From a virus, in IMG/VR virus record IMGVR_UViG_3300025949_000022, positions 1 to 64,000 of that record: DNA of 64,000 nucleotides; one strand, written 5' to 3'. The stretch's first letter is position 1. Each line of letters begins with the position of its first letter. A program made the translations under genes and the position numbers. Positions 37,300 through 45,721 of the stretch are shown one piece after another. The notes under the pieces are model-generated. The model saw only the letters and a program-made list of their open reading frames with translations. It had not been told where the DNA came from and did not search any database.

Positions 37300-38046
37300 T
37301 TACATTTTTGGAGAAGAAACAACATTACTTCTAAAGGCATCTATCCACGCGGTGATACCTTCGTCTGCCTCCCAAACGGATAGCCTGTACATTTCCTGTT
37401 TGTAGTTTTCACGGTTTATTGCCCCTAACTGCGGGTTTCTTGTGCGGTAGTATTTGCCTAATGCAAAATACTCTATCGCTTCTTTGGCTTGTGACGGCAC
37501 CCATTCAGGGCATTTATCCAACCCGTCTGATTTATAGAACATGCCGAACGTATCGGTCGATTGAATTTGACAGCCATTGATAAAACTTTTTCTTTTTTGT
37601 GGATCGTATGTTACAACACCTGTTTTCCAAAAGTCTGCGGGTAGTCCATAAACTTCTCCGGCTCCAAAGTTCCATGTCTGATAAGGTGCCACAATATTAA
37701 ACAGGTCTGAACAAAAAAACTCCCATAGCGTTTCGTCAGGCGTAGTATTTGTTGGCGTTCTGTTAACGTTGCCTAATAAACTGTCATCTACTGCCAGCGC
37801 AAACGAGCGTTCGTTACGGGTTATAAAGGTCATTAAAGGTTTTACGCACGCGGAAGGCCAGCATAAACTATTAATGCCATTAATTGTTAGCCCTTTCGTA
37901 ACCCCCCAACAAGGCATAGCATGGAGTGAAAGGTCGCGTATAGCATCGAAAACACAGCCCCACATGGTCTGTGAATTTTGAAGTCCAGGTTCGCCGACTT
38001 CTTTACATAACTCAATAACGATTTGTTCTGTTGCTACGACGCTCAT
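37300..38046 (-). CDS. Tail tubular/ring protein
   Basis: DAIRDLS...YKSDGL...AKEAIEYF; position. Confidence 0.6.
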   Translation of the reverse strand: MSVVATEQIVIELCKEVGEPGLQNSQTMWGCVFDAIRDLSLHAMPCWGVTKGLTINGINSLCWPSACVKPLMTFITRNERSFALAVDDSLLGNVNRTPTNTTPDETLWEFFCSDLFNIVAPYQTWNFGAGEVYGLPADFWKTGVVTYDPQKRKSFINGCQIQSTDTFGMFYKSDGLDKCPEWVPSQAKEAIEYFALGKYYRTRNPQLGAINRENYKQEMYRLSVWEADEGITAWIDAFRSNVVSSPKM

Positions 38047-38048
38047 TG

Positions 38049-38663
38049 TTAATTATCTTTACTATCTTCTGTGTAATCCTTTGGTTCTCTACGCTCACCG
38101 AGCATAAAATTAACTATCAAATCCACTACTTTTGTATCTCCGTCAGACGGCAGTATTACTAAATCGGTATCCAACAAGTCGCCAACGTGTACCCATTGTT
38201 TTGTGCGTACTAAATTGGCTAAGGGTGGCTTGTTATAAACCCACACTGTAGCTTGTCCTTCAATCTGATATGACATTACTTTCTTTAATGGCCCGTAAAA
38301 TTTTTCGAGTGCATCATCTCCCTGCGTTAACGGGTAACACATCTGCCCGCTCATTGTATTTACCTCCAGTGCGCGACCTTTGGGTAAAGTGATTATGTTC
38401 TTTGGCAGGGTAAAATAATAACGTCCCGAAGATGTGTCTTTTAATATGGGTACGTTTTCAAAAACGGTGTATAGCAAAGGGTTTATGTTATGACCTGCTT
38501 CAGACCTGTTTTCAGCCCAATACTGCCCGGTCATCACGTAGTTAACCGCCATAGCAAGGTATGTTTCATACTCTCCCCACTTAGCCGAGGCATCCGGATT
38601 TGGCTTACCGCCTTCCACGCGTAACATGGCCTGTCCTATAAGTTCTGCCTTAGTAAAACTCAT
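38049..38663 (-). CDS. Tail ring/adaptor protein
   Basis: Position and size. Confidence 0.5.
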   Translation of the reverse strand: MSFTKAELIGQAMLRVEGGKPNPDASAKWGEYETYLAMAVNYVMTGQYWAENRSEAGHNINPLLYTVFENVPILKDTSSGRYYFTLPKNIITLPKGRALEVNTMSGQMCYPLTQGDDALEKFYGPLKKVMSYQIEGQATVWVYNKPPLANLVRTKQWVHVGDLLDTDLVILPSDGDTKVVDLIVNFMLGERREPKDYTEDSKDN

Positions 38664-39349
38664 TGTTTCTCCCCTCCCATAGATGCCGATACAGCGATAC
38701 CATATTTAGCATATTCCTGTAAAAGTTGTTCACGTACTGATATGCCGTATTTCTCCAGCATACCATATAAAATAAGGTTAAAAGCCGCTTGTGGCCACAA
38801 CAGGTTTACACTGTTTATACTGTCATAACTCATTATATCCTCATTGCTTACTGTTGTATATGTAAATGCTATTTTAGCGGCGGTTGGATATGTTAAATAA
38901 AAGGCGTCGTATGGCACTGTTTCCTTTGGATAAAACTGCAATAATGAGGGTGAGTTAAACCGGTAATAAACTTTCTTGCCTGCTGAATTTGGCGCACGTT
39001 GCGGGATGCGCGCTATTGCTATTAATTCTGTTTCATCTATGCTAGAAATACTAAAGGCTGGCATAGCCGATACTACATACCCGATAGCAAGCGGTCTGCT
39101 AACCACATCAGGGGCTGTACCTAACGCTACAATACCAAGCGAATTGGATGATCCTGATTGCTCTTTAACCCATACGTCAAGTAAAGTTTTAATCTTTTCA
39201 TTCTGATCGTATAGTGGTGCGAATAGATTAAATGTTTCTATTTGTACCTCCGCAAGTTTGGAATTAAAATACGCAACGGTATCAGTACCTGATTGGTATT
39301 TCTGACCGTAATCGTTAAGCCTATTCCAAATGTCTATAACTGCTATCAT
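38660..39349 (-). CDS. Tail ring/adaptor protein
   Basis: FNSKLAEVQIE...LEKYGISVRE; position. Confidence 0.55.
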   Translation of the reverse strand: MIAVIDIWNRLNDYGQKYQSGTDTVAYFNSKLAEVQIETFNLFAPLYDQNEKIKTLLDVWVKEQSGSSNSLGIVALGTAPDVVSRPLAIGYVVSAMPAFSISSIDETELIAIARIPQRAPNSAGKKVYYRFNSPSLLQFYPKETVPYDAFYLTYPTAAKIAFTYTTVSNEDIMSYDSINSVNLLWPQAAFNLILYGMLEKYGISVREQLLQEYAKYGIAVSASMGGEKQ

Positions 39350-39499
39350 TTGCTATAAAGATATAAAAAAAATAACTATCTGTATTTCTCTTTTTGCTTA
39401 GTATATTTTTCTTAAAACATTACGGTTTCCCGTAAATAATTTTAATTTATATTTTCTATAATTGTATCGGCAATTCAGCCAAATTAAATAAGTACTAAA

Positions 39500-39943
39500 A
39501 TGCAAGAAAATGTAAAGGTATTCACACCGGAGGTATTAGTAGATATTTTCGGGGAAATTAAACCTAAGGGTGATTTTACTTACAAACTAAGAGTTGACGG
39601 CATTAGTAGCCGTGAATTAAGAGAACTCGCACAGGTAAACATAGACTACGGGATGGACTTCAATATTAAACGCTCTGGTAAAGGGTTAGTTGTGTTTAGT
39701 CAGTCAATAGATGACCGACGAATTGTTGTGGAAAACGCTCCTACTAAACAACTATTCGTTCGTGACTTTTACGAAAGCCTACCACAAGACGCACGGATAG
39801 CAGCCTTTAACAATACGGCTAAAGTTAAATGGGATTACCCCGCTAACACTTTAACAGAAGCGCTTACAAATTCATTTTATTTTTCAGACACTCCGGAAGG
39901 TGCCAATTATTGGCAAGATGTTATTTTAGAAAATAGAAACTAA
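39500..39943 (+). CDS. Hypothetical protein, paralog of 60383-60853
   Basis: Shares MQENV, IKRSxKGLV and VRDFxExLPQxARIAAF...GANYWQDVILEN. Confidence 0.75.
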   Translation: MQENVKVFTPEVLVDIFGEIKPKGDFTYKLRVDGISSRELRELAQVNIDYGMDFNIKRSGKGLVVFSQSIDDRRIVVENAPTKQLFVRDFYESLPQDARIAAFNNTAKVKWDYPANTLTEALTNSFYFSDTPEGANYWQDVILENRN

Positions 39944-39966
39944 CTTCTCGAATTTTTAAAGGTGAG

Positions 39967-40000
39967 GCCGATACAGTTGCGAAATTGAATCGGCTTTTTT
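39967..40000 (+). terminator. Intrinsic terminator
   Basis: GCCGAT...ATCGGC followed by T-run. Confidence 0.7.
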
Positions 40001-40014
40001 ATTTATATTTGAGC

Positions 40015-40785
40015 ATGACGTTTGTAAAAGCAGCATCCGCAATACCATATACCCCATATGTAGCGCCTGAAAAAGACGATACTAAACGTTTTATGGCTAA
40101 TTACATGGCATCAAGTATGTATAAAAAGCGGCTTGCATCACAAGGTATTTATTCAACGCCCGATATACAGTCAATATTAAATGTACCAATAAATTACAAC
40201 ACCAAACAAGATACTCAAGCTACCATTGTTAAAAATGGCGGTCAAATTAAAAATTCAATAAACATTAATAAAAATCAATTAGCGGATGTCAAAAAAGATT
40301 TTAACTTTCCAGTGTCCATAGATGAGGCTAAAGCACATGAATTATCACACGTATCGAGGCCATTAAGTCAGCAAGAGCAACTACTTATAGCGGGGAAGAA
40401 TAAAAGTGATTTGGGATATGGCTTGTTTGCCCAATATCAAACAGATAAATCGTTAGGAAGCTATCAAGGGCAGTATGATGATTATAAAACAAATGGGATA
40501 GATAACAGTAATGATGCTTATCACGACTATAGACCGAATGAAAATAAAGCCGATTTAGATGCTTTGCGGTTTTTAATGCAAAAAAAAGGGATTTACGATA
40601 CGTCTAAAAGGGATATGACAATAGATGATTTCAATAAAGCATCCCAAGACCCTGAAATAAAAAATAGTCTTATATTCAACAGGCTTATACAGCAATTCAA
40701 ACCAAAAGATATTATAAGTCTAAATAATACAGTGGCAATGAATAATGCAGCCAGTCCCCAACTATCCGCTGCCTATATGGTATAA
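40015..40785 (+). CDS. Zincin-like (HExxH) protein
   Basis: AHELSH plus downstream NENKAD; start MTFVKAA 3 nt after TATATTTG. Confidence 0.6.
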   Translation: MTFVKAASAIPYTPYVAPEKDDTKRFMANYMASSMYKKRLASQGIYSTPDIQSILNVPINYNTKQDTQATIVKNGGQIKNSININKNQLADVKKDFNFPVSIDEAKAHELSHVSRPLSQQEQLLIAGKNKSDLGYGLFAQYQTDKSLGSYQGQYDDYKTNGIDNSNDAYHDYRPNENKADLDALRFLMQKKGIYDTSKRDMTIDDFNKASQDPEIKNSLIFNRLIQQFKPKDIISLNNTVAMNNAASPQLSAAYMV

Positions 40786-40813
40786 AAAAGCGGCAGATAA
40801 TCCACCTGCCGCC
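40783..40813. terminator. Terminator between convergent genes
   Basis: AAAAAA-GCGGCAG...CTGCCGC. Confidence 0.7.
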
Positions 40814-40843
40814 TAACCAATTATGAACCCAAAGAAACCTTCT

Positions 40844-41968
40844 TTATGCGATAGATAAACCTTCTTTTTCAGCCGCCAAAACCTTGCGGTAAAGGGCTAT
40901 TTCTTCAGCGTTATTCTCCATCGCTTTTTTAGTTAAAACGTGCGTTTTAGGATCGTTTTCATCCTGCTCCGCCCACTTCTTTATCTTCTCGAATTTGCCG
41001 TAGTCTTTTTTCAATTCTACGTATGCTTTCCACAACTCATTATCTACCTCTGCCAGTGTTTCTACTGCGCCGGTTTCCTCAAATGATAAATCGTTTTCAG
41101 GCTTGCTTAAATTAGTGGAAACTGTAATGCCTTCCAGTAAGTTATTAAGCTCGTCTGAATACATATACCATTTTTCTGATATGTGTTCTTCAAGTACTTT
41201 TCTCGCATCAATACCGTACTGTACAGGTATCACTTCCTTGCCGCCTAAGTACCACCGCTGCATACCATTTAAGGTGCGTAAATCGAGGATATGCGCGTCA
41301 ATAGCTTCCTGTATTTTGCCTGAAAATGCTACCTCGCGGCTTTCAGCCATATTGATAAATTCAGATGGCTTTTGGTATGCTCTTGCCTTAAGTGTGTTTT
41401 TCACAACCTCGTCGGTCATATCAGTAACTCCGGCAATACCCATTCCTTTTGCTAAAGTCCGTAAACGGCTTATGCTCCATGCGTTGTTGCCAAGCACTAT
41501 TGACATGGCTATAATGCGGGTTTCATCAATGTCGTTATCAACTTTCGCCAGGTGGTCGTTATCCAAAAACTCATAGAACACCGGTGACGATGGTTTCCTG
41601 AAAGGGCTTTGGCGGTTCATCGGGTTGATGTACCAAAACAGGAATGCCATTTCATCATTTATCAGCACCGCGCCGCCTTCTCCGCACTCCATTGCATTGT
41701 CGGTGGGGAAATACTCAAAATTCTGATCTTTATCTTTCTTTTGGGTTGTGGCTATCCGTACCTGTACTTCCCTGTTTAAAGTAGGGATATACACCGAAAA
41801 GGCATTGCACATCAGGCGGTGTAAATGCCTTTTATTGCCGTCTTTATCCGTCCTTGTAGGGAACTGGAACCGCTTTTCGCGTGGTGATGGAATTGAGTTT
41901 TTGTTGATGCTAAGCAGTTCAAATAGTTTCGACTTGTTAACAACCTCGTCATTAATGTAAATAGCCAT
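40844..41968 (-). CDS. Capsid-operon protein following the major capsid gene
   Basis: Synteny with crAss-related head modules. Confidence 0.5.
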   Translation of the reverse strand: MAIYINDEVVNKSKLFELLSINKNSIPSPREKRFQFPTRTDKDGNKRHLHRLMCNAFSVYIPTLNREVQVRIATTQKKDKDQNFEYFPTDNAMECGEGGAVLINDEMAFLFWYINPMNRQSPFRKPSSPVFYEFLDNDHLAKVDNDIDETRIIAMSIVLGNNAWSISRLRTLAKGMGIAGVTDMTDEVVKNTLKARAYQKPSEFINMAESREVAFSGKIQEAIDAHILDLRTLNGMQRWYLGGKEVIPVQYGIDARKVLEEHISEKWYMYSDELNNLLEGITVSTNLSKPENDLSFEETGAVETLAEVDNELWKAYVELKKDYGKFEKIKKWAEQDENDPKTHVLTKKAMENNAEEIALYRKVLAAEKEGLSIA

Positions 41969-42017
41969 TCTTTTTTTATTTGGGTTTAAAAAAGGGGGCT
42001 TTTACACCCCCTGTAAA

Positions 42018-43484
42018 TTATATACCTATCAGTTTAATCATCTGATTGGCTAATGCTTGTTCAGCGCCAATTTCTGACCGTATGTCAAGGAACTTGCCAT
42101 CGATAGATGATGTAGCCGGATCGATGCCCGCGCCTCCTGTGTAATGTTGTTCCATTTCACGTGAGTAGCCACCAAGCGCCTTGTAGCGATAACCTACCGA
42201 AGCGGTTGCGTCTGTGTCGAACTTGCTTTGTACAAAATCGATTGGCAATACGTAACCTACACCCGACCAGTTATAACCTTCTGTTCCGGCGCCCATTTGC
42301 TCGTTAAGTTCCTCCTGTGTGCGTAAAAGGTAGTTGTAACCGCCTTTATGTACGCCGTCAAAGCCTAACCATAAGAAGAAGTCTTCTTTGTTAGAGAACG
42401 AGTTGAACATATCGGAACTGATTTTACCGCTTTGTGAGGCATACTGGAAGCAGGTATTGTTCATGTACGTTTTTAGCGTATTGTCAACCTGTGAGCGCAA
42501 CCCGTATGCCATCGGCACAAGGAATGTTTTCGTACCGGCGCGTTCCCTTTGAAGTATAGTACCGATGTTGTCGAAATCAGCCATTGCAAAGTTTCCATAA
42601 GAGTAGGATAACAAGTTGCCACCGGAATTGGTGATATAGTCATCTACTCCTTGAGTAGTACGTACCGGGGCTACGCGGTTTTGAGCGGCTGCCATGTTTT
42701 GTGTAACGTTGCCGTCACCCTGAACCGAAAACCATAACGCTTTAGAAATCCTGTCCATGTGCAGTTTTTCAGTAGCTTCAGAACCTACGATCATCATGTA
42801 ATTACCACCATCAGAACCTGACACTGATACTACTGGCATACGGTCGGTCATTGCTGAACCTGTGATACCATAGGCTGTTTTGATGATCTGCGGATTATTC
42901 TGCTGACGGTATAAACGCGGTTCTTTTGGATCTGCGCCTAATGTTCCTTCTGCAAAGGCGTTGGTAGTTATCCAGTACCTGCCCTGTGCGGTTATTTTAG
43001 TCGCAAGGTCGTTTGTTGTTAAACGGGGCTTAATGGTCAACCGGTGCGGCGTAACGGTTTCATCTTTAAGGATGATCTGCGCTTCGCTATTGTCCACCAA
43101 TTTGATAATATCCCACTGTGCTGGGTAAGAGAACGACTGTGTGCCATAGCCTGTTGTGGTAGTGGTGTACATAGATGTGGTGTCAAGTGCTACTACGATA
43201 GCCGAACCTACGCCGGTAGATGGTGTTATTACTGATCCTACCAAAAAGTTATTGATAATCCAGTCTTGTTCCCAGTGTGCATAGTTAGGGCCTTCAACCG
43301 ATGTTCCTAAGCCCATTTCTTTAAGCATAGTGTACCAGTTCTTTTCCATTCCATGACGGGAAAGTAATTTTTTACGTACTTGCGGAACGTCCGCAATTAA
43401 TCCGAGACCGGTTATAAAACCTTCGGATGTAGTCCCCATCACTGTTGATGGTTGATTTGAGTAATTATAAGGTGCTACTGGCAT
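42018..43484 (-). CDS. Major capsid protein
   Basis: 488 aa after scaffold; QNNPQIIKTAYGITGS, VRTTQGV, SEIGAEQ HK97-like blocks; hairpin terminator right after. Confidence 0.85.
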   Translation of the reverse strand: MPVAPYNYSNQPSTVMGTTSEGFITGLGLIADVPQVRKKLLSRHGMEKNWYTMLKEMGLGTSVEGPNYAHWEQDWIINNFLVGSVITPSTGVGSAIVVALDTTSMYTTTTTGYGTQSFSYPAQWDIIKLVDNSEAQIILKDETVTPHRLTIKPRLTTNDLATKITAQGRYWITTNAFAEGTLGADPKEPRLYRQQNNPQIIKTAYGITGSAMTDRMPVVSVSGSDGGNYMMIVGSEATEKLHMDRISKALWFSVQGDGNVTQNMAAAQNRVAPVRTTQGVDDYITNSGGNLLSYSYGNFAMADFDNIGTILQRERAGTKTFLVPMAYGLRSQVDNTLKTYMNNTCFQYASQSGKISSDMFNSFSNKEDFFLWLGFDGVHKGGYNYLLRTQEELNEQMGAGTEGYNWSGVGYVLPIDFVQSKFDTDATASVGYRYKALGGYSREMEQHYTGGAGIDPATSSIDGKFLDIRSEIGAEQALANQMIKLIGI

Positions 43485-43495
43485 TGTCTTAGTTG

Positions 43496-44620
43496 TTAAA
43501 GTTTATAATAATCCTGTACAAACTTCACCCTTGAATCCTGGTCTGACTTACCTGCATGTGCAGCATCCTCGCCTCTTTTTATTGCAGACGGGTTGTGATA
43601 TTCCTCTCTGATCTTTTTGTCAGCTACGTTAACAGCGTGTTGCTGCCATGCTTCGTAGTTTTCAAGTATCAGAACGCTTTTTGCAAATGCAGCGATACGG
43701 TTTGCACCATCTTCATTTGCCGGAATATTAGCCCATTCATTTTTCATGTATTGCTCCACTTTTGGCATCAGGCTTTTAAGGCTTTCTTCCGATGGAGTAA
43801 AATCTGCAAATATGGCTTTATCATCGCTCTTGCCATTGATGTTAACTTTGGCAAACGATATTTCTTTTAAGGCGTTTTTTGCTATCGGTGTAAGTTTTTC
43901 AAGGTGGCCGGTTTGTTTTTCCTGCAATAACTGCTGCTGCAATTCATATTCGGAGGCCGGGGCTTTAGAAACCTGCGCTTTATGGTCTTTCAGGTAATCC
44001 CTGTCATTCCGCGCATCCACTTTTAGCCGGATTTGCTCTCTTGCAATAGTTTCTTCGTCATGCTCTTCGGGGTTGAGTTTATAAGAAGCATCAAGATATA
44101 CTTTAGCCTCTTTCTCTGTAAGCCCTTCTTTAACTTGCAGCGCCAATAGCTTAACGTCATAAGGCGACATGCTTTCAAAGTTGTCGTGCTTATTTAGTTT
44201 AAGAAATGCGTCTACCTGTTCGGAAGTTGCTCCGCCTTTTAGCAGGTCGTTGAATTTTTTTGATAAGTCATTAGCGAACGGGTCGGTGCTTACTTTGGCT
44301 TTTAGTGAAAGGTTCTCGTCGTCGAGGGCTTTAACGCGGCTTTCAAAGTCGGTTAACTGCCCTGCCTTTTCTAATAAACCCGCAAGGTCGGTAGAACTTT
44401 TGATGCTCCCGTTGGTAATCTTTACCAGCTCTTCATCGAAATTAAACTGTGGTTGCGCCTGTTCGGTTGTTTTGGCAGGTTCTGCACTTGCTGCATCCGC
44501 TGCCGGGATATTGTCGGTGTTAGTTTTGTTTAGTGTTTCGTCAGGTATATTTTGCTGTTCCTGTCCGTTAATTTTTAAGCCAGCTTCTTGCAATAATTCT
44601 AAGGTATCTTCTCCGGGCAT
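43496..44620 (-). CDS. Scaffold-like protein
   Basis: Acidic helical protein immediately upstream of the capsid gene. Confidence 0.65.
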   Translation of the reverse strand: MPGEDTLELLQEAGLKINGQEQQNIPDETLNKTNTDNIPAADAASAEPAKTTEQAQPQFNFDEELVKITNGSIKSSTDLAGLLEKAGQLTDFESRVKALDDENLSLKAKVSTDPFANDLSKKFNDLLKGGATSEQVDAFLKLNKHDNFESMSPYDVKLLALQVKEGLTEKEAKVYLDASYKLNPEEHDEETIAREQIRLKVDARNDRDYLKDHKAQVSKAPASEYELQQQLLQEKQTGHLEKLTPIAKNALKEISFAKVNINGKSDDKAIFADFTPSEESLKSLMPKVEQYMKNEWANIPANEDGANRIAAFAKSVLILENYEAWQQHAVNVADKKIREEYHNPSAIKRGEDAAHAGKSDQDSRVKFVQDYYKL

Positions 44621-44729
44621 ATTGATTGCATTAGTTTAGTGTAAAGATAATTTCGCGACATAACTTAACCTATCACAATTTGCTTATAGTAAAATTATTA
44701 CATACCTTTATACCGTACACAATAAGGCT

Positions 44730-44927
44730 ATGGAATCTAATAACATTGGCGCAAAAATAAAGGAAGGTAGAAAAGCAAAAGGCTTTAAAAATCAGGCGCA
44801 GTTAGCAGTTAAATTAAATATGTCTGTTAACACAATTAGCGGCCTTGAAAGTGGCCGTAAAAAAAGCACTTCGGTAACTATTTTACAATTAATTGGCAGG
44901 GAATTAGGAATAACTTTTCAGATATAA
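44730..44927 (+). CDS. XRE-family HTH regulator
   Basis: IKEGRKAKG..NQAQLAVKLNMSVNTISGLESGR. Confidence 0.9.
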   Translation: MESNNIGAKIKEGRKAKGFKNQAQLAVKLNMSVNTISGLESGRKKSTSVTILQLIGRELGITFQI

Positions 44928-44932
44928 ACAAT

Positions 44933-45172
44933 ATGACTATACCCGGCTCACGCATCCTAATAGAACCTACCGAACCTATCCGTAAACTGGAATCAGGTTT
45001 ATATTTACCCGAAGCGTTTTTACAAAAACCAAACACCGGAAAAGTTGTTGTTACTGGTGTAGATGCACCCCCTGAATTACTTAATAAAACAGTAGTCTAT
45101 AACCCTGTTATTGCTATTAATATTGAAGGGAAGCATTTGATACATATTACTGATTTAAAATTCGTACTTTAG
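44933..45172 (+). CDS. groES: GroES (Cpn10)-like co-chaperonin
   Basis: PGSRILIEP...ESGLYLP...PNTGKVVVTG. Confidence 0.85.
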   Translation: MTIPGSRILIEPTEPIRKLESGLYLPEAFLQKPNTGKVVVTGVDAPPELLNKTVVYNPVIAINIEGKHLIHITDLKFVL

Positions 45173-45194
45173 TATCACATTTAACAACAAAATC

Positions 45195-45401
45195 ATGGCA
45201 TCAAATATCGTAGCAACTTACCCTCCGGCAGTAGGCGCACCAACCCCTCCGGCTGAACTGGATCCTTTTGGGAACGAATCGGCATCAACAAAAGATTCAC
45301 TACAAAATTATGTAACAACTATCTTACCGACATCGCCTGTTACAAGTTATGTTCTTAGGCGCGAACAGGTTATAAAAGGGATACAGGAGTACCCAAGATA
45401 A
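45195..45401 (+). CDS. Small Pro-rich protein
   Basis: ORF with AT-rich leader. Confidence 0.5.
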   Translation: MASNIVATYPPAVGAPTPPAELDPFGNESASTKDSLQNYVTTILPTSPVTSYVLRREQVIKGIQEYPR

Positions 45402-45403
45402 TT

Positions 45404-45592
45404 ATGATTATATCAATCTTATTTTTACTGTTTTACTTAGTAGTTGCAGTGATCCTTATTGAAATTGTGTTTTGGATATTAAGTTTAATATTCGCGCCAA
45501 TTATCACTCCCCGTATCAGGGGTTTGGTGTATGCTTTGGTGTTAATATTGGTTCTTATTTATGCCGTTCAACACTTTGGATGGATTAGATAA
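45404..45592 (+). CDS. Small two-TM membrane protein
   Basis: Almost entirely hydrophobic. Confidence 0.6.
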   Translation: MIISILFLLFYLVVAVILIEIVFWILSLIFAPIITPRIRGLVYALVLILVLIYAVQHFGWIR

Positions 45593-45721
45593 CATTCGCT
45601 TATTATGAGATTAAAACATATCGGACATATCCTATTAGATAGCGGCCTATTTATATTTATGGCTTTTCCTTTTTCTATCCCTTTGCTTATTATAGGAAAT
45701 GTTTTAATCTTAATAGATTAC

